Part shown: piece by piece, positions 47,390 to 58,232 of the stretch
Numbering within the stretch: position 1 is the first letter of the stretch
Layout of the letters: each line of letters begins with the position of its first letter
Source: Thermostichus sp. DRC_bins_24
GTDB taxonomy: Bacteria > Cyanobacteriota > Cyanobacteriia > Thermostichales > Thermostichaceae
Reading direction: 5' to 3'
Assembly: GCA_039794845.1 (NCBI GenBank)
Contig: JAUQVK010000025.1
Span: 1 to 64,000 of the forward strand
Length of the DNA: 64,000 nt
The notes under the pieces: model-generated
The model's database searches: none
What the model was told of the DNA's origin: nothing
Seen by the model: the letters and a program-made list of their open reading frames with translations, nothing else
Translations under genes and position numbers: made by a program

Positions 47390-48889
47390 GTGTGGGAGAT
47401 GAAGCCGATGCGGCTGCATCTGTTTCGCTGGGTGGGGTTGCTTCACCTGATCATGGGGGTGATGTACCTTTACTGGCGGTTGACGGCGGGCTTGACCGGT
47501 TTTGGTTCCTTTCTGTTCTGGATGGCGGAACTGTTCGTCTGGGTGGCAGCGGTCGGTTTTTCTTTGAGTCGTTTCCCTCGAGAATTTGTATTTGTTCCGG
47601 AGCCGGAGGCAGTACAGCAGGCCTTCTTTCAGATGCCGCGGGTGGATGTCTTGGTGATGCGTTGCTGGGACTCGCCAGAGGCCACGCGACAGACAGTCCT
47701 GGCGGCTCTGCGCCTCAACTATCCCTGGGATCGGCTGTTCGTTCATGTTGTCGATCTGGCCGAAGATGAGGAGATGGCCAAGGTGGCTCGGGCCGTTCCC
47801 TGCGAGTACTGGGCTTGCCCGGACCCAACTGTGGATCCCTTGGCCTACGTTCTGCAATTGGAGCAGGTCAAAGGAGACTATTTTCTACTCTTGGATCCCG
47901 GTCAGTTTCCTGAGCCCAATTTGCTGTTTCAGACACTGCCCCTCTTTTTCGACTCCCCAGAACGCGCCCCCATTGCCAACCGCACGGGCTTTGTGCAGGT
48001 GATGTTGCGAACCCTTGGCCGGCCAAGAGCCGTTCACCCGCTGCAGCAGGTTTTGGCGGTGGGATCCCGAGGTTATCACGCGGCACCGCTGTTGGGATCC
48101 GGCTGCGTTGTGCGGCGGCAAGCTCTCGACGGAATCCCCAACCTAGACTCTCGTAAACCGGTGCGCTTGGGGTGCCAGATCCATCGGCAGGGGTGGGTAT
48201 CCCATCTGGTGAGGGAAACCCAGGTGACGGGGGCCCTGTTGCCTTTGCGCAATCGGCGCATTGCTTTGCTGGCTTTGTTTTCTGCCCTCAAGGAAAATCC
48301 GTTTTGGGGTGGGCAAACCAGCCAACAGCAGCGGTTTCAATACCTGTGGTTGGCCCTTTGGGGGGCGGGCGGGGTGGCAGAGCTGGCCTACCTGGCGGTG
48401 CCGATTGCCTATCTGTGGACGGGGTGGATGCCGGTACCGGCTTTTGATGGGCAGTTCTTTGCGTGGTTCTTGCCCTATGCGCTGTTGGGTCGCCTCAGTG
48501 GGTTGCTGGCCTTTCCCCCCCATCTGTGGAGGGCCGCTTGGCGGTCGGAACGGCAGACGGGCAGCCAGTTTTTTCAGTCGATTCAGGCCCTGGTTCAGTT
48601 GTTTCAGGGGGTGATCCCCGACCGAGAACAGCCGTCGCAGTTGTCGTTGGGGCCTCAGGCCCTGGCCATTTTGCTCACCCTCTCGGGGATCGGGGTGGGA
48701 TCCGTTCGCTTTGTGGGATCTTGGGATCCCGGTTGGCCTGGATTTGCCTTTGGCTTGCTTTGGGCTGTTTACAATTTGCTGATCCTGACGGTGCGCCCTG
48801 ACGATCACGATGTTGGCGGGTTTCAATTCCCCAGAAAAAGACTGGCCAATCCTCCTGCAGATCCGGTTGCGAGCCTGAAAGAGGATTGA
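47390..48889 (+). CDS. Cellulose synthase (GT2)-like membrane protein with degenerate catalytic motifs
   Basis: YLYWR, P.VDV, TV.AAL.L.YP, P.PN.L..TLP.F, G.G...RR.ALD, W..YN scaffold; the D,D,D,QxxRW motifs are missing. Confidence 0.75.
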   Translation: MWEMKPMRLHLFRWVGLLHLIMGVMYLYWRLTAGLTGFGSFLFWMAELFVWVAAVGFSLSRFPREFVFVPEPEAVQQAFFQMPRVDVLVMRCWDSPEATRQTVLAALRLNYPWDRLFVHVVDLAEDEEMAKVARAVPCEYWACPDPTVDPLAYVLQLEQVKGDYFLLLDPGQFPEPNLLFQTLPLFFDSPERAPIANRTGFVQVMLRTLGRPRAVHPLQQVLAVGSRGYHAAPLLGSGCVVRRQALDGIPNLDSRKPVRLGCQIHRQGWVSHLVRETQVTGALLPLRNRRIALLALFSALKENPFWGGQTSQQQRFQYLWLALWGAGGVAELAYLAVPIAYLWTGWMPVPAFDGQFFAWFLPYALLGRLSGLLAFPPHLWRAAWRSERQTGSQFFQSIQALVQLFQGVIPDREQPSQLSLGPQALAILLTLSGIGVGSVRFVGSWDPGWPGFAFGLLWAVYNLLILTVRPDDHDVGGFQFPRKRLANPPADPVASLKED

Positions 48890-49340
48890 CATCCTCTCTA
48901 CACAAATCAAACAAAAACAAAAAAGATTATGCGTGGAGATTCCCTGGGTCGCCCCAAAGATTTCCTGTCTCACAGCCAGCCGGCTAGACTGTTCGCACCG
49001 GCGTGCCCGAGGCACTGTGACCCCGGCCCCCGCCGCCCCAACTCCACAGGCATTTTCAGTTCCCCGTTGCCCACGGGTACAGACTACTTGAGCCGCTGCC
49101 ATATCACAAGGTTCGATCGACCCGCACTCAGGACAGTGGTGAACACGAGTCGAGAGATTCTTGCGAACCTCCGCCCCGCAGTCAGGATACTCCTGAGACG
49201 TACCCCTTGCATCCACCTTTACACATCCCGCTTGAAGCACACCCACGGCAAAATCCGGTTCACAAATTGCCCCAGCTCCGCATCGAGGGTGTGCTTGCCC
49301 AGCATCCCCTTGGCCATGAGGCGAAAGTCCAAGTCCTAGC
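48886..49340 (-). mobile_element. tnpB: Degraded IS200/IS605 tnpB (3' part, stop and frameshift) with right end
   Basis: One frame gives *DLDFRLMAKGMLGKHTLDAELGQFVNRILPWVCFKRDV*; another gives KVDARGTSQEYPDCG...HCPECG...DMAAAQV; the end is GAGGATGTCAA. Confidence 0.85.
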
Positions 49341-49352
49341 ATCCCTGCACTG

Positions 49353-49529
49353 TCACAGAGACGATGAAAAAGATTTCATCACATCCAGCACCTCCCGCAC
49401 CATTTCCGGATCCAAGGCGGAGGTGGGCTCATCGAATAGCATGACCTGGGGCTCCATGGCCAGAGAGCGGGCGATCGCCACCCGTTGCTTTTGCCCACCC
49501 GAGAGCCGCGACGGATACACATCGGCTTC
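49353..49529 (-). pseudogene. Internal fragment of a polar amino-acid ABC ATPase (GlnQ-like)
   Basis: [47 protein letters not shown]; no Walker A or start. Confidence 0.85.
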
Positions 49530-49696
49530 GGTGCCCGTGGAACCAGTTTGGATACAAAAGCTATGCTGAAGTGTAGATCGACTCTTTGGGGCGACACATC
49601 TGTCTGTTGGTACCGAAGGGGATCCCTGGCCGGTGTGCTTTAGCCTGGCATTGCTTGCATTGCTTAAGTATGGCCTAGTGAATTCGGAACAAATCT

Positions 49697-51529
49697 GTGG
49701 AGCCAGCAAGACCGCCCCTTCGACTGATCCCCCTGGGTACGGATCCCCACCAGCAGGGTTGTGCACATTGGTTGGAGATGGGATCCCATTGCTTGCTCTT
49801 GGATTGCGGGTTGCCCGCCGCCACCCTTCTCAAGGTGTTGCCCGGGATCCCGGATGCGGTGATCTGTAGCCATGCCCACTTTGACCATTTGCAGGGGCTG
49901 CCCATCTTTCACCGTCGTTACCCGCAGGTCCCCCTTTACGCCACTCCGGTGACCGCCCATTTGGCCGGTGGCCTGTGGGAGCGCGGCATCTGGCCGGGGT
50001 ATGACCGGGATCTTCGCTTTCCCCCCTTTCGGGCACTGCCCTTGGGACAAGCACGAGAAATTTTGCCCCATCTGATGCTTACCTTCTTTGCGGCTGGGCA
50101 CCTGCCAGGGGCGGCGGTGACGCTGCTGCAAAACACCCAAATCTCTCCTGCCCAGACCTGTGTTTACAGTGGCGACTGTTCGTTGGCCTCCACCCGTTTT
50201 GCCCCCGGCTTTGATTTGACGGCCTTGCGGCATTGGCAGCCGGATTTGCTGCTGATGGAAGCCTCGCTGGGATCCACCCGATATCCTGCCCGTCGCCACC
50301 TGGAAAACCGGCTGGTGGAGCGGCTGCTGGCAGCCCTGGAGGCGGGCCAAACGGTGCTGCTTCCCTTGCCGGTTTTGGGGTTGGGACAGGAGTTGATCTT
50401 TTTGCTGAAGGCCCATCACCGCTTTACTCAATCTCTCAGGGAACTGAGGGTGTGGGTGGCCCCAGGGCTGGCGGCAGGCTGTGATCTGTACGAACGCTTG
50501 CTTGCCCAGATGCCGGAGCCGGTGCAAAATTTCGCCACCTATCAGCCTTTGTTTTGGGAAACGCGCCTACAGCCGCAGGTGCAACCCCTGACCGAGATGG
50601 ATCCCTTACCCCAGGGCCTGTTACTGTGCGATGCCGATGCCGGGCCAGAGTCTTGGGATCCCATCTGGTCGAGGGTGTTGGCCCAACCGCAGCGCTCCTG
50701 TTTGCTGGTGCACCTACCGGAGGTGAAACTGGCAACTCCCTTTGACCGTTGGCCGGCGCTGCTGCGCTCCCGCATTCAAGTGGAATCCATGACCTGGCAC
50801 AGCCACAACGATGTCGGGCACCTGACTCAAATCATTCACACCTTCCGACCGCAACACTTGGTTTTGATCCATGGCAGCCCCAAACAAGCTCAGGATTTGG
50901 CGGATCTGCCGGAGCTGTGCAATCGCTACCATGTCCACTGCCCCCAGCCCGGCCATTGGCTGGAGTTCCCCGATGGGCGCTTACAAACCCAAGTTAAGGC
51001 CCCAGAGCTGAATGGCACATCTGCTGCTGAGGTGGCGGATCCCGCTTTGCGCTATGAGGGAGAAGTGGAAGAAGTCTGGCAAGAGCAGGGATCCCCTCGG
51101 GTTCTGGCCGGGGTACAGGTACGCCTACCGGCTCAATTGACCGAAGATCCGCGCTGGTTAGCCTGGGCCGATACGGGTTTGGTGGAAGCCCGTTGGCAGG
51201 GATCCGAACTGGTACTGCGGGGTCTTTCGCCACGGGAGCTGATCCGTCCGGCAGCGGCCCCATCTGGAGGAGCATCAGGGCCACGCCCAACCCGCTCTTC
51301 TGCCCGTCTTGGCTCTGGGGGCGTTGGGGGTGCTGAGGGGGGGATGAAGTGCCAGAGTTGCCGTTTTGCCCGCCAGATCTTGACCTCCCGAACCCAATCC
51401 TTTCGCTGCGATCAGGAGCGCTCCCCCCTCTATCGCCTGACGGTGGATGCCCAGGGCACCTGCCCCTACTATCTTGCTACGCAAGGTGCGGAGCACCATC
51501 AAGCCCCGGAGATCTGCTCCTCTGGCTAA
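49697..51529 (+). CDS. MBL-fold / beta-CASP-type hydrolase (putative RNase) with Cys-rich C-terminus
   Basis: LLDCG, SHAHFDH, AGHLPGA, YSGD, LG.GQE, LVLIHG; C-terminus CQSC...C...SPLY...CPYY. Confidence 0.82.
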   Translation: MEPARPPLRLIPLGTDPHQQGCAHWLEMGSHCLLLDCGLPAATLLKVLPGIPDAVICSHAHFDHLQGLPIFHRRYPQVPLYATPVTAHLAGGLWERGIWPGYDRDLRFPPFRALPLGQAREILPHLMLTFFAAGHLPGAAVTLLQNTQISPAQTCVYSGDCSLASTRFAPGFDLTALRHWQPDLLLMEASLGSTRYPARRHLENRLVERLLAALEAGQTVLLPLPVLGLGQELIFLLKAHHRFTQSLRELRVWVAPGLAAGCDLYERLLAQMPEPVQNFATYQPLFWETRLQPQVQPLTEMDPLPQGLLLCDADAGPESWDPIWSRVLAQPQRSCLLVHLPEVKLATPFDRWPALLRSRIQVESMTWHSHNDVGHLTQIIHTFRPQHLVLIHGSPKQAQDLADLPELCNRYHVHCPQPGHWLEFPDGRLQTQVKAPELNGTSAAEVADPALRYEGEVEEVWQEQGSPRVLAGVQVRLPAQLTEDPRWLAWADTGLVEARWQGSELVLRGLSPRELIRPAAAPSGGASGPRPTRSSARLGSGGVGGAEGGMKCQSCRFARQILTSRTQSFRCDQERSPLYRLTVDAQGTCPYYLATQGAEHHQAPEICSSG

Positions 51530-51724
51530 GATCCTGGGTTGGAAAGCGCAGGTGGCCCCCCACCCCCCAACGTTAGAATGGGCCAAAGATACAGCCTTTT
51601 CCGACTTTATGCGCGACATGAGGCAAAGAAGAAATCCTTGTCCGACAAAGGATTGGTCTGCATCTGCTGCAGTAGGTAAAGGACTCCGTCCCGCTGAGCG
51701 AACGCTGAAAAAAAGGCTGTAACC

Positions 51725-52489
51725 ATGCTTGAGCAAGAACACCGGCTAGCCCGCCGCAATGGGTCGAATGGGTCGGTCGGATCCCTAGAACGTCTGGCCG
51801 AAACTTCCACTCCGGCTCCCCCGCCCGTGGTACAGATGGCTGGGGTGAGTAAGGTGTATCTGCTGCCAGAGGGCAGTTTTCAAGCCCTTTACGATATCAA
51901 CCTGGTGATCGAGCCCGGAGAGTATTGCGCAATCATGGGGCCCTCGGGTTCGGGCAAATCCACCCTGATGAACATCATCGGTTGTTTGGATCGGCCCAGT
52001 TCCGGGCACTACTGGCTGGATGGGGTGGAGGTGTCTACCCTGTCGGATCGGGAGCTGGCCCACATTCGCAATCAAAAAATTGGCTTTGTCTTTCAGCAAT
52101 TTCATCTGCTCCCCGTGTTGACGGCGTTGGAAAATGTCATGCTACCCCTGGCTTACAGCGGGATCCCGGAACCGGAGCAACGCCGGCGGGCTAAGCAGGC
52201 TCTGGAACAAGTGGGGTTGGGGAGCAAATTGCAGCAGCGCCCGGCCCAGCTGTCTGGGGGCCAGCAGCAGCGGGTTGCCATTGCCCGTGCCATTGTCAAC
52301 CGACCCCGACTCTTGCTGGCGGATGAACCAACGGGGGCCTTGGATAGCCACACCAGCCAGGAAGTGCTGAACATTTTCGCCGATCTGCACCGGCAGGGCA
52401 TGACAATCGCCATGGTTACCCACGGCATTGAGGTGGCCCAAGCCGCTGAGCGCATTATCCGGGTTGGGGATGGACGTTTGTTGGGTTGA
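51725..52489 (+). CDS. ABC transporter ATP-binding protein (LolD/MacB/DevA-like)
   Basis: GPSGSGKST, IGFVFQQFHL, LSGGQQQRVAIAR, ADEPTGALD, VTH. Confidence 0.93.
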   Translation: MLEQEHRLARRNGSNGSVGSLERLAETSTPAPPPVVQMAGVSKVYLLPEGSFQALYDINLVIEPGEYCAIMGPSGSGKSTLMNIIGCLDRPSSGHYWLDGVEVSTLSDRELAHIRNQKIGFVFQQFHLLPVLTALENVMLPLAYSGIPEPEQRRRAKQALEQVGLGSKLQQRPAQLSGGQQQRVAIARAIVNRPRLLLADEPTGALDSHTSQEVLNIFADLHRQGMTIAMVTHGIEVAQAAERIIRVGDGRLLG

Positions 52490-52710
52490 GGAGAACAGGG
52501 ATCCCCACCAGTCTGTTCGGATCGGGATAGATCTATCTAATCCCTAATCCATCTGGTGCGCTTCTCCTGTTCTTGCTCCGTGAGGTGCGGAGCGCTATTC
52601 CTCCGGATGCTAAGTCTCAGCCTCCACAGTTGTTGTAGCTGTACATGACCAGCGAAAAGGCTGTAGGCTACTCTGGACGCAACTGAGGGCTTGGGCCAAG
52701 GGATCCGCCA

Positions 52711-53271
52711 ATGGGACTCATCGACGATCTGATCCGGTTTTTGGAAACCCGCCTGGAGGAGTTTCTTAAGGCCCACCCGGAGATCGAGCTGCAAGCCCTC
52801 GATGAGCAGTTGCGCCAGCAAGAATCCGATACCCTGCGCCTGCTGCAGGAGAGCCGTACCCAAGAACAAGCTTTACAAAAGAGCATTCTCAGCTTGGGAG
52901 AAGAGATCAAAACCTGGCACTTTCGCATTGAAAAGGCTCGGCGTGCCAACCGCCCCGATTTGGCTCAGGGTGCCCAACGGCGTGAGGCAGATCTGTTGCA
53001 AAAAGGCAGTCAGTTGTGGAGCCAAATGAAAGGCTTAAAAGAGAAAATCCAGCAAATGGAGGGGCTGTTGCCGCAAATTCGGCAGCGTCGCCAAGAGGTA
53101 AAAGCCAAGCTGCAGGAGGTGAAAGCTGCGCAAGCCAAAAGTGCCAGCCGCAACGACTTCGGATTTGGCGGTTGGGCCAAACCGTCCGATGCCTGGGATG
53201 ACTTGGAAAAGCAATTTCATCAGCTGGAAGTGGAGGAGGAGTTGCGGAAGCTGCGACAGCAGCGGCGCTAA
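52711..53271 (+). CDS. TIGR04376-like coiled-coil (PspA-like) cyanobacterial protein
   Basis: MGL.DDL.RFLETRLEEFL..HP..EL.AL.EQL, WH.RI.KA, DDLE..F...E.EEEL. Confidence 0.8.
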   Translation: MGLIDDLIRFLETRLEEFLKAHPEIELQALDEQLRQQESDTLRLLQESRTQEQALQKSILSLGEEIKTWHFRIEKARRANRPDLAQGAQRREADLLQKGSQLWSQMKGLKEKIQQMEGLLPQIRQRRQEVKAKLQEVKAAQAKSASRNDFGFGGWAKPSDAWDDLEKQFHQLEVEEELRKLRQQRR

Positions 53272-54272
53272 CGTTGCCCCCGCAAATAAGGGATCCCCAG
53301 AGCTGCCGGGGCCTCCACCTGTTTGCCCTTACGCCACAACACCGCCAAGGTGAGCAAATAGGGCAGCATCAACAAAAACTCATAGGGAAATTGCTGGGAT
53401 CCCAGGGCTTGAATGCGAAACTGCAGTGCATCCGCCACCCCGAACAACAAAGAACCCAGCAGGGCATGCCAGGGGTGCCAACGGGCAAAAAACACCAGCG
53501 CCACTGCGATCCACCCTCGTCCGGCAGTGATCCCTTCCGCAAACAGACGCAACTGCACCACCGTCAGCACAGCCCCCCCCAGCCCTGCCAGTGCCGAGCC
53601 GATCAAAATGGCAATCCAACGGGTTCTCTCAACGTCAATGCCAGATGTCTCCGCTGCCGCCGGATTTTCCCCCACCGCCCGCAACGAACGACCAAAGCGT
53701 GTGCGAAACAGCAAAAACCAACAGCCCACCACCAACAGGCCACTTAGGTATACCATCGGGTCGTGGTTAAACAACACCGTGCCCACCCCTGGGATCTCTG
53801 ACAAGCCTGGAATCGGCCAAGGGGAAAGCCCCGTCACCCGTACATTGCTGTTGGGCAACAGTTGCCGAAACAGATAGGTGCTCAACCCTTGCCCCAGCAA
53901 CACCAGCGTTACCCCCGCCACCACCTGATCCGCCTTGAGCCGCACCGCCAAAATCGCCATCACGGATCCCATTGCCATGCCCGCCAGGATCCCCGCCGCC
54001 AATCCTGCCCACGCTGCCCCCGGCACTCCCGCCTGTTCCAGATGATAGGTGGTGGCAAAGCCCGCCAGAGACCCCATCAGCAGGATCCCCTCCAGGCCCA
54101 AGTTGAGAATGCCCGACCGCTGGGTGATCACCTCCCCCAACACCGCCAGCAAGACCGGCACCGCCAAACGAATACCAGATACCAACAACGAGATCAAAAA
54201 GCTCCAGGTGAAGATGCGCTCCAGCAGGGTTTGGCCCAGCAGCCCATCTGGTGGGGGAAAAGGCAGGTTCAT
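53268..54272 (-). CDS. Nucleoside/sugar-type ABC transporter permease
   Basis: LGE...QRSGILNLGLEG, LRAVGENP.AA, AGRGWIAVALV, LPYLLT, PAALG.PY. Confidence 0.9.
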   Translation of the reverse strand: MNLPFPPPDGLLGQTLLERIFTWSFLISLLVSGIRLAVPVLLAVLGEVITQRSGILNLGLEGILLMGSLAGFATTYHLEQAGVPGAAWAGLAAGILAGMAMGSVMAILAVRLKADQVVAGVTLVLLGQGLSTYLFRQLLPNSNVRVTGLSPWPIPGLSEIPGVGTVLFNHDPMVYLSGLLVVGCWFLLFRTRFGRSLRAVGENPAAAETSGIDVERTRWIAILIGSALAGLGGAVLTVVQLRLFAEGITAGRGWIAVALVFFARWHPWHALLGSLLFGVADALQFRIQALGSQQFPYEFLLMLPYLLTLAVLWRKGKQVEAPAALGIPYLRGQR

Positions 54273-54491
54273 ATTTTTTAAGGATCAAATTTAAGAATCA
54301 AACCCCAAAAGCCGGAAGAGGTCTCTTTTAAGTAAGATGCCCCAGTTTGAGCATGGGATCGGTTAGTGGCGAACTTCACAGCCCAACTTGTAGTCACCCC
54401 AAGCAAGAACGATACACTTTTTGACTCCCCTCTCCCGCTCTGGGAGGAGGGCTACGGCCGGTGCCACGCTGCGCGAAGAGGGTGAGGGCAA

Positions 54492-56282
54492 GTGTTGCCA
54501 ACTCGATTCATAAGGACTATGGTCTATCCTCCGGGTTTTTATTGCGGTGGAGGCCCAAGACAAACTCCCCACTTCCTGTCTATGATCGGGGCCATTCTCT
54601 GGAGTTGGGGTGCCGAGGTGTTGGCTTGGTGGAAGACATCAGGGATCCGCTGGATGATTGGGATCCTCAGTGGTCTGGTGTTGTTATGCACCTGGAGTAT
54701 GGGGATGGAAGCCCAGATTTTCTGGCCAAGGACGGGATCCCCTGCTCTGCCGGACGCCAGTGAGCCGCAACGCACCCTCTCCTTAAACAGCTTTTGTCAG
54801 CAATCGCCTGCCGAAATCGCCCGTAAAACCGAACTACGCCAGCAAGCCAACCAGTCAGACTCCGCCTGGGCCGACTACACGCAAATCCTGGCAGACCATC
54901 GCGCTGCCCTAATCGCCTGCCGCAGCCAACGCTGGCCCCAGATCCAAGCCATTTGGGTCCGTCTTCATCCTTGTGATGCCCATCCAGGGGTGTTGGATCA
55001 AGTGTTCGACCAAGTGGTGAACTTGGGCTACAACCGCGTGTTTATCGAGACCTTTTACGATGGCCGCTCCATTTTGCCGGAGGGTGGGGCTTGGCCCAGC
55101 ATTCAGCCCAATGCCGATCTGTTGGATCTGGCCCTGAAAGCCGCACGACAACGGGGATTATCCGCCTACGCTTGGGTGTTTTCCCTCAACTTTGGCTACA
55201 GCTACGGGCAACGCCCCGATCGACAGGTGGCCTTAGCCCGCAACGGTCGAGGGATTACCACCGTCTTGGATCCCGCCACGGCCCATTTGGAGGACTTGGG
55301 TAGCCCGGATGAGGTGTTTGTGGATCCCTTTCATCCTCTGGCCCGACAGGATTTTGCCGAGTTAATGGGGCGTCTACTGCAGCGACGACCCGACGGGATC
55401 CTCTTCGACTACATTCGCTATCCGCGCGGTTCGGGAGGCTCCAGCGTGGCGGCCACTGTCAAAGATCTCTGGATTCATGGAGAGGCAGCTCGGCAAGCCT
55501 ATCTGGATAGGGCAGAAAACCCAGCCGGTCGTGCCCTGTTGGAGCGCTATTTGGCCCAGGGCTATGTGACGGTGGGCGATGTGTTGCAATTGGATGAACG
55601 CTATGGAGAGGAGCCCAAGTGGCATTGGCCGGGGGAACCGGAGCCCAACCCTGCAGGGATCCCTGAGCTGGAATTAGCCCTTTCTCCCGAGCTGTGGGAT
55701 GAGGAGGCCCCGTTGATGGGTTTGGACTCTGAAATCCAGATGGATTTTCCTCCCCCAAAGGACGTGGATCCCACCCCCACGCCCACCCCCAATGCGGCTA
55801 TCCGACAGGAGCGCTGGCAGAACGAGCTTTGGGCCTTCAGCACAGACTTCGCCCGCTACGGAATCTTGGACTACTTGAATCAGGCAGCCCAACCGGCCCA
55901 GGCCCTCGGGATCCCTACCGGGGCGGTCTTTTTCCCAGATGGCAACCAAGCGGTGAGGGGAAAAGGATTTGATGCCCGCCTCCAGCCGTGGGATCGCTTC
56001 GACCCGACCATGGAATGGCACCCAATGGCCTATGCCAAGTGTGAGGATGCCTCCTGTGTGGCGCAGCAGGTGGAGCAAGTCTTGACGATGGCCTCTCCCC
56101 AAACCTTTGTCTGCCCGGCCATCGCCGGATTGTGGGGGCAACCGCAACGCCAGCGTCCTGCCCTAGAGGTGCAAATGGGAGAATTGGCCCGTCGGTTTCC
56201 GCAGCTGCCTTGCGTAAGCCATTTTGCCCTTTCTTGGATTGAACCCGAACTGGAGCGCAGCCGCCGAGCCTGCCAATTGTAG
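54492..56282 (+). CDS. Glycosyl hydrolase-like 10 (DUF187-type) exported protein
   Basis: QAIWVRL.PCD, GYNRVF.E.FYDG, YAW.F..NFGY, FVDP, PDGILFDYIRYPRG. The true start is probably downstream of 54492. Confidence 0.78.
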   Translation: MLPTRFIRTMVYPPGFYCGGGPRQTPHFLSMIGAILWSWGAEVLAWWKTSGIRWMIGILSGLVLLCTWSMGMEAQIFWPRTGSPALPDASEPQRTLSLNSFCQQSPAEIARKTELRQQANQSDSAWADYTQILADHRAALIACRSQRWPQIQAIWVRLHPCDAHPGVLDQVFDQVVNLGYNRVFIETFYDGRSILPEGGAWPSIQPNADLLDLALKAARQRGLSAYAWVFSLNFGYSYGQRPDRQVALARNGRGITTVLDPATAHLEDLGSPDEVFVDPFHPLARQDFAELMGRLLQRRPDGILFDYIRYPRGSGGSSVAATVKDLWIHGEAARQAYLDRAENPAGRALLERYLAQGYVTVGDVLQLDERYGEEPKWHWPGEPEPNPAGIPELELALSPELWDEEAPLMGLDSEIQMDFPPPKDVDPTPTPTPNAAIRQERWQNELWAFSTDFARYGILDYLNQAAQPAQALGIPTGAVFFPDGNQAVRGKGFDARLQPWDRFDPTMEWHPMAYAKCEDASCVAQQVEQVLTMASPQTFVCPAIAGLWGQPQRQRPALEVQMGELARRFPQLPCVSHFALSWIEPELERSRRACQL

Positions 56283-56432
56283 GATTATTCTCAAAAACGG
56301 GATCCCCGAGGGTGAACCACTTTAAACCTTTGTTTCATCGTGATCCCTGCTACCGGCGCCAATCCACCCACCCTGCAAGATCAGCCTTGGGATCCGACCG
56401 GATGAACTCGGCTGGGCGCAAGAGCAAATGGC

Positions 56433-58223
56433 ATGGCAGAAAAACGGGTTGCGGATGGTTTCGCGGCGTATCGGCTTATGAACCCCTTGATCATTGTGTG
56501 TGGCCTCGGTCGCACCGGCTTAAACATTTTCCGGCTTTTGCAGCAGCAGGGGGCTCAGGGATCCCTGGTGCGCGGCATCAGTGATGTACCGATAGAGGGC
56601 GAGAATGGCGAGACGATTGTGATCGGGGATCCCCGACGGGCAGAAACCTTGATTGCTGCCGGTATTCAGCGGGCCCACACGCTGGTCTTGGCGGGGGCAG
56701 ACCATACGCTCAATTTGGCCATTCTCACCCAGGCACGGGTGCTCAACCCTCACATCCGCATCATCAACCGCATTTTGGATCCCCACTTGGGCGAACACCT
56801 GGATCGGATCTTGCCGGATCATTTCACCCTCAGCGTCGCCGCGTTGGCCGCCCCCATTTTTACCTTTGCGGCCTTGGGCAGTCGGGCGATTGGGCAACTG
56901 CAACTGTTCGACCAAACCTGGCCGATTCACGAAGAGGTGATCACCCCAGACCACCCCTGGTGTGGACGGCGCATGAACGAGTTTTGGGACAACAAAAACC
57001 GCATGTTGATCTACTATCTTTCGGCGCGGGATCCCATGGATTTGGTGTCAGCCGTGATCCAAGAGCGGGTGCTGCAACCGGGGGATCGCCTGTTGATCGG
57101 CAACAAACCCACCCAAGCGCGACGGCAACAGCCTTGGCAAGAGCGCTTGCGCAAGCTTTGGAAAGGGATCCAACGTCTGCAACACCACGATCAGCCGATT
57201 CTGGCGGTGACCCTCACCCTGTTGCTGACGATCTTTCTGGCCACCTGTACTTATCTGGCTGTGGATCTGGATACTCCGTTTGTGGATGCCCTGTATTTTT
57301 CGGTGGGCATGATCACCGGGGCCGGTGGCCAAGAAGAAGTAGCAGAAACAGCCCCGGCAGGGATCAAACTCTTTACTGCAGTGATGATGTTGGTGGGGGC
57401 AGGCATCATCGGCATTTGCTACGCCCTGCTCAACGATTTCATTTTGGGATCCCGATTGCGACAGGTCTGGGATATGGCGCGCGCTCCCCAAAGGGGCCAC
57501 TACATCATCTGCGGGTTGGGGGGAATCGGGATCAACATTGCCAGCCAGTTGCAGGCTGGTGGCCACGAAGTGGTGGTGATCGAGCGGGATGGGGAATGTC
57601 GCTTTTTAAGCAGTGCGCGGGAGCAGCGGATCCCGGTGTTGATCGCCGATGCCAGCCTTTCGGATACCCTGACGGCGGCCCACGTTCAACAGGCAGAAGC
57701 CCTGATCGCCGTCACCAGCAACGATACGGTCAATCTGCAGGTGGCCTTGGCAGCCAAAGGCTTGGCCCCGCGCCTGCCGGTGGTGGTGCGCAACCACGAT
57801 CCCGACTTTGCCCGGCAAGTGCAGCAGGTGTTCGAGTTTGAAGCGGTGCTCAGCCCGGCAGAATTGGTGGCACCGACCTTTGCAGCGGCGGCTTTGGGGG
57901 GCAAAATTCTCGGCAATGGCCTGGTGGGCAACCGGCTTTGGGTGGCCCTGGGCACGCTGATCACCCGCAACCACAGCTTTTTTGGCCGACAAATCAAAGA
58001 AATTGCCGCCGCAGTGGATCTAGTACCCCTTTACCTGGAGCGCCCCACCGGTCGAATCCACGGCTGGGAGTTGCTGGTTGCGGTTCTGCAAGAGGGGGAT
58101 GTGCTCTACCTAACGATCCCGGCGGCCCAGTTGGATCATCTATGGCGCTCCACCTCCAACCCGGACAGCCCAAAACGGGATCCCTACTTTTTCTCTCAGG
58201 TGGAGGGTTTGGCGGATGCTTGA
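56433..58223 (+). CDS. Potassium channel protein with TrkA-N (RCK) domains
   Basis: IIVCGLGRTG and IICGLGGIG Rossmann motifs flanking TM-pore-TM (DALYFSVGMITGAGG). Confidence 0.88.
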   Translation: MAEKRVADGFAAYRLMNPLIIVCGLGRTGLNIFRLLQQQGAQGSLVRGISDVPIEGENGETIVIGDPRRAETLIAAGIQRAHTLVLAGADHTLNLAILTQARVLNPHIRIINRILDPHLGEHLDRILPDHFTLSVAALAAPIFTFAALGSRAIGQLQLFDQTWPIHEEVITPDHPWCGRRMNEFWDNKNRMLIYYLSARDPMDLVSAVIQERVLQPGDRLLIGNKPTQARRQQPWQERLRKLWKGIQRLQHHDQPILAVTLTLLLTIFLATCTYLAVDLDTPFVDALYFSVGMITGAGGQEEVAETAPAGIKLFTAVMMLVGAGIIGICYALLNDFILGSRLRQVWDMARAPQRGHYIICGLGGIGINIASQLQAGGHEVVVIERDGECRFLSSAREQRIPVLIADASLSDTLTAAHVQQAEALIAVTSNDTVNLQVALAAKGLAPRLPVVVRNHDPDFARQVQQVFEFEAVLSPAELVAPTFAAAALGGKILGNGLVGNRLWVALGTLITRNHSFFGRQIKEIAAAVDLVPLYLERPTGRIHGWELLVAVLQEGDVLYLTIPAAQLDHLWRSTSNPDSPKRDPYFFSQVEGLADA

Positions 58224-58232
58224 CACAGCTCC

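Noticed and set aside
48143..49342. 399-aa minus-strand ORF as an intact TnpB
   Set aside because: Only about 70 aa are TnpB-like; the upstream part is frameshifted and the rest is antisense read-through of the GT2-like gene.
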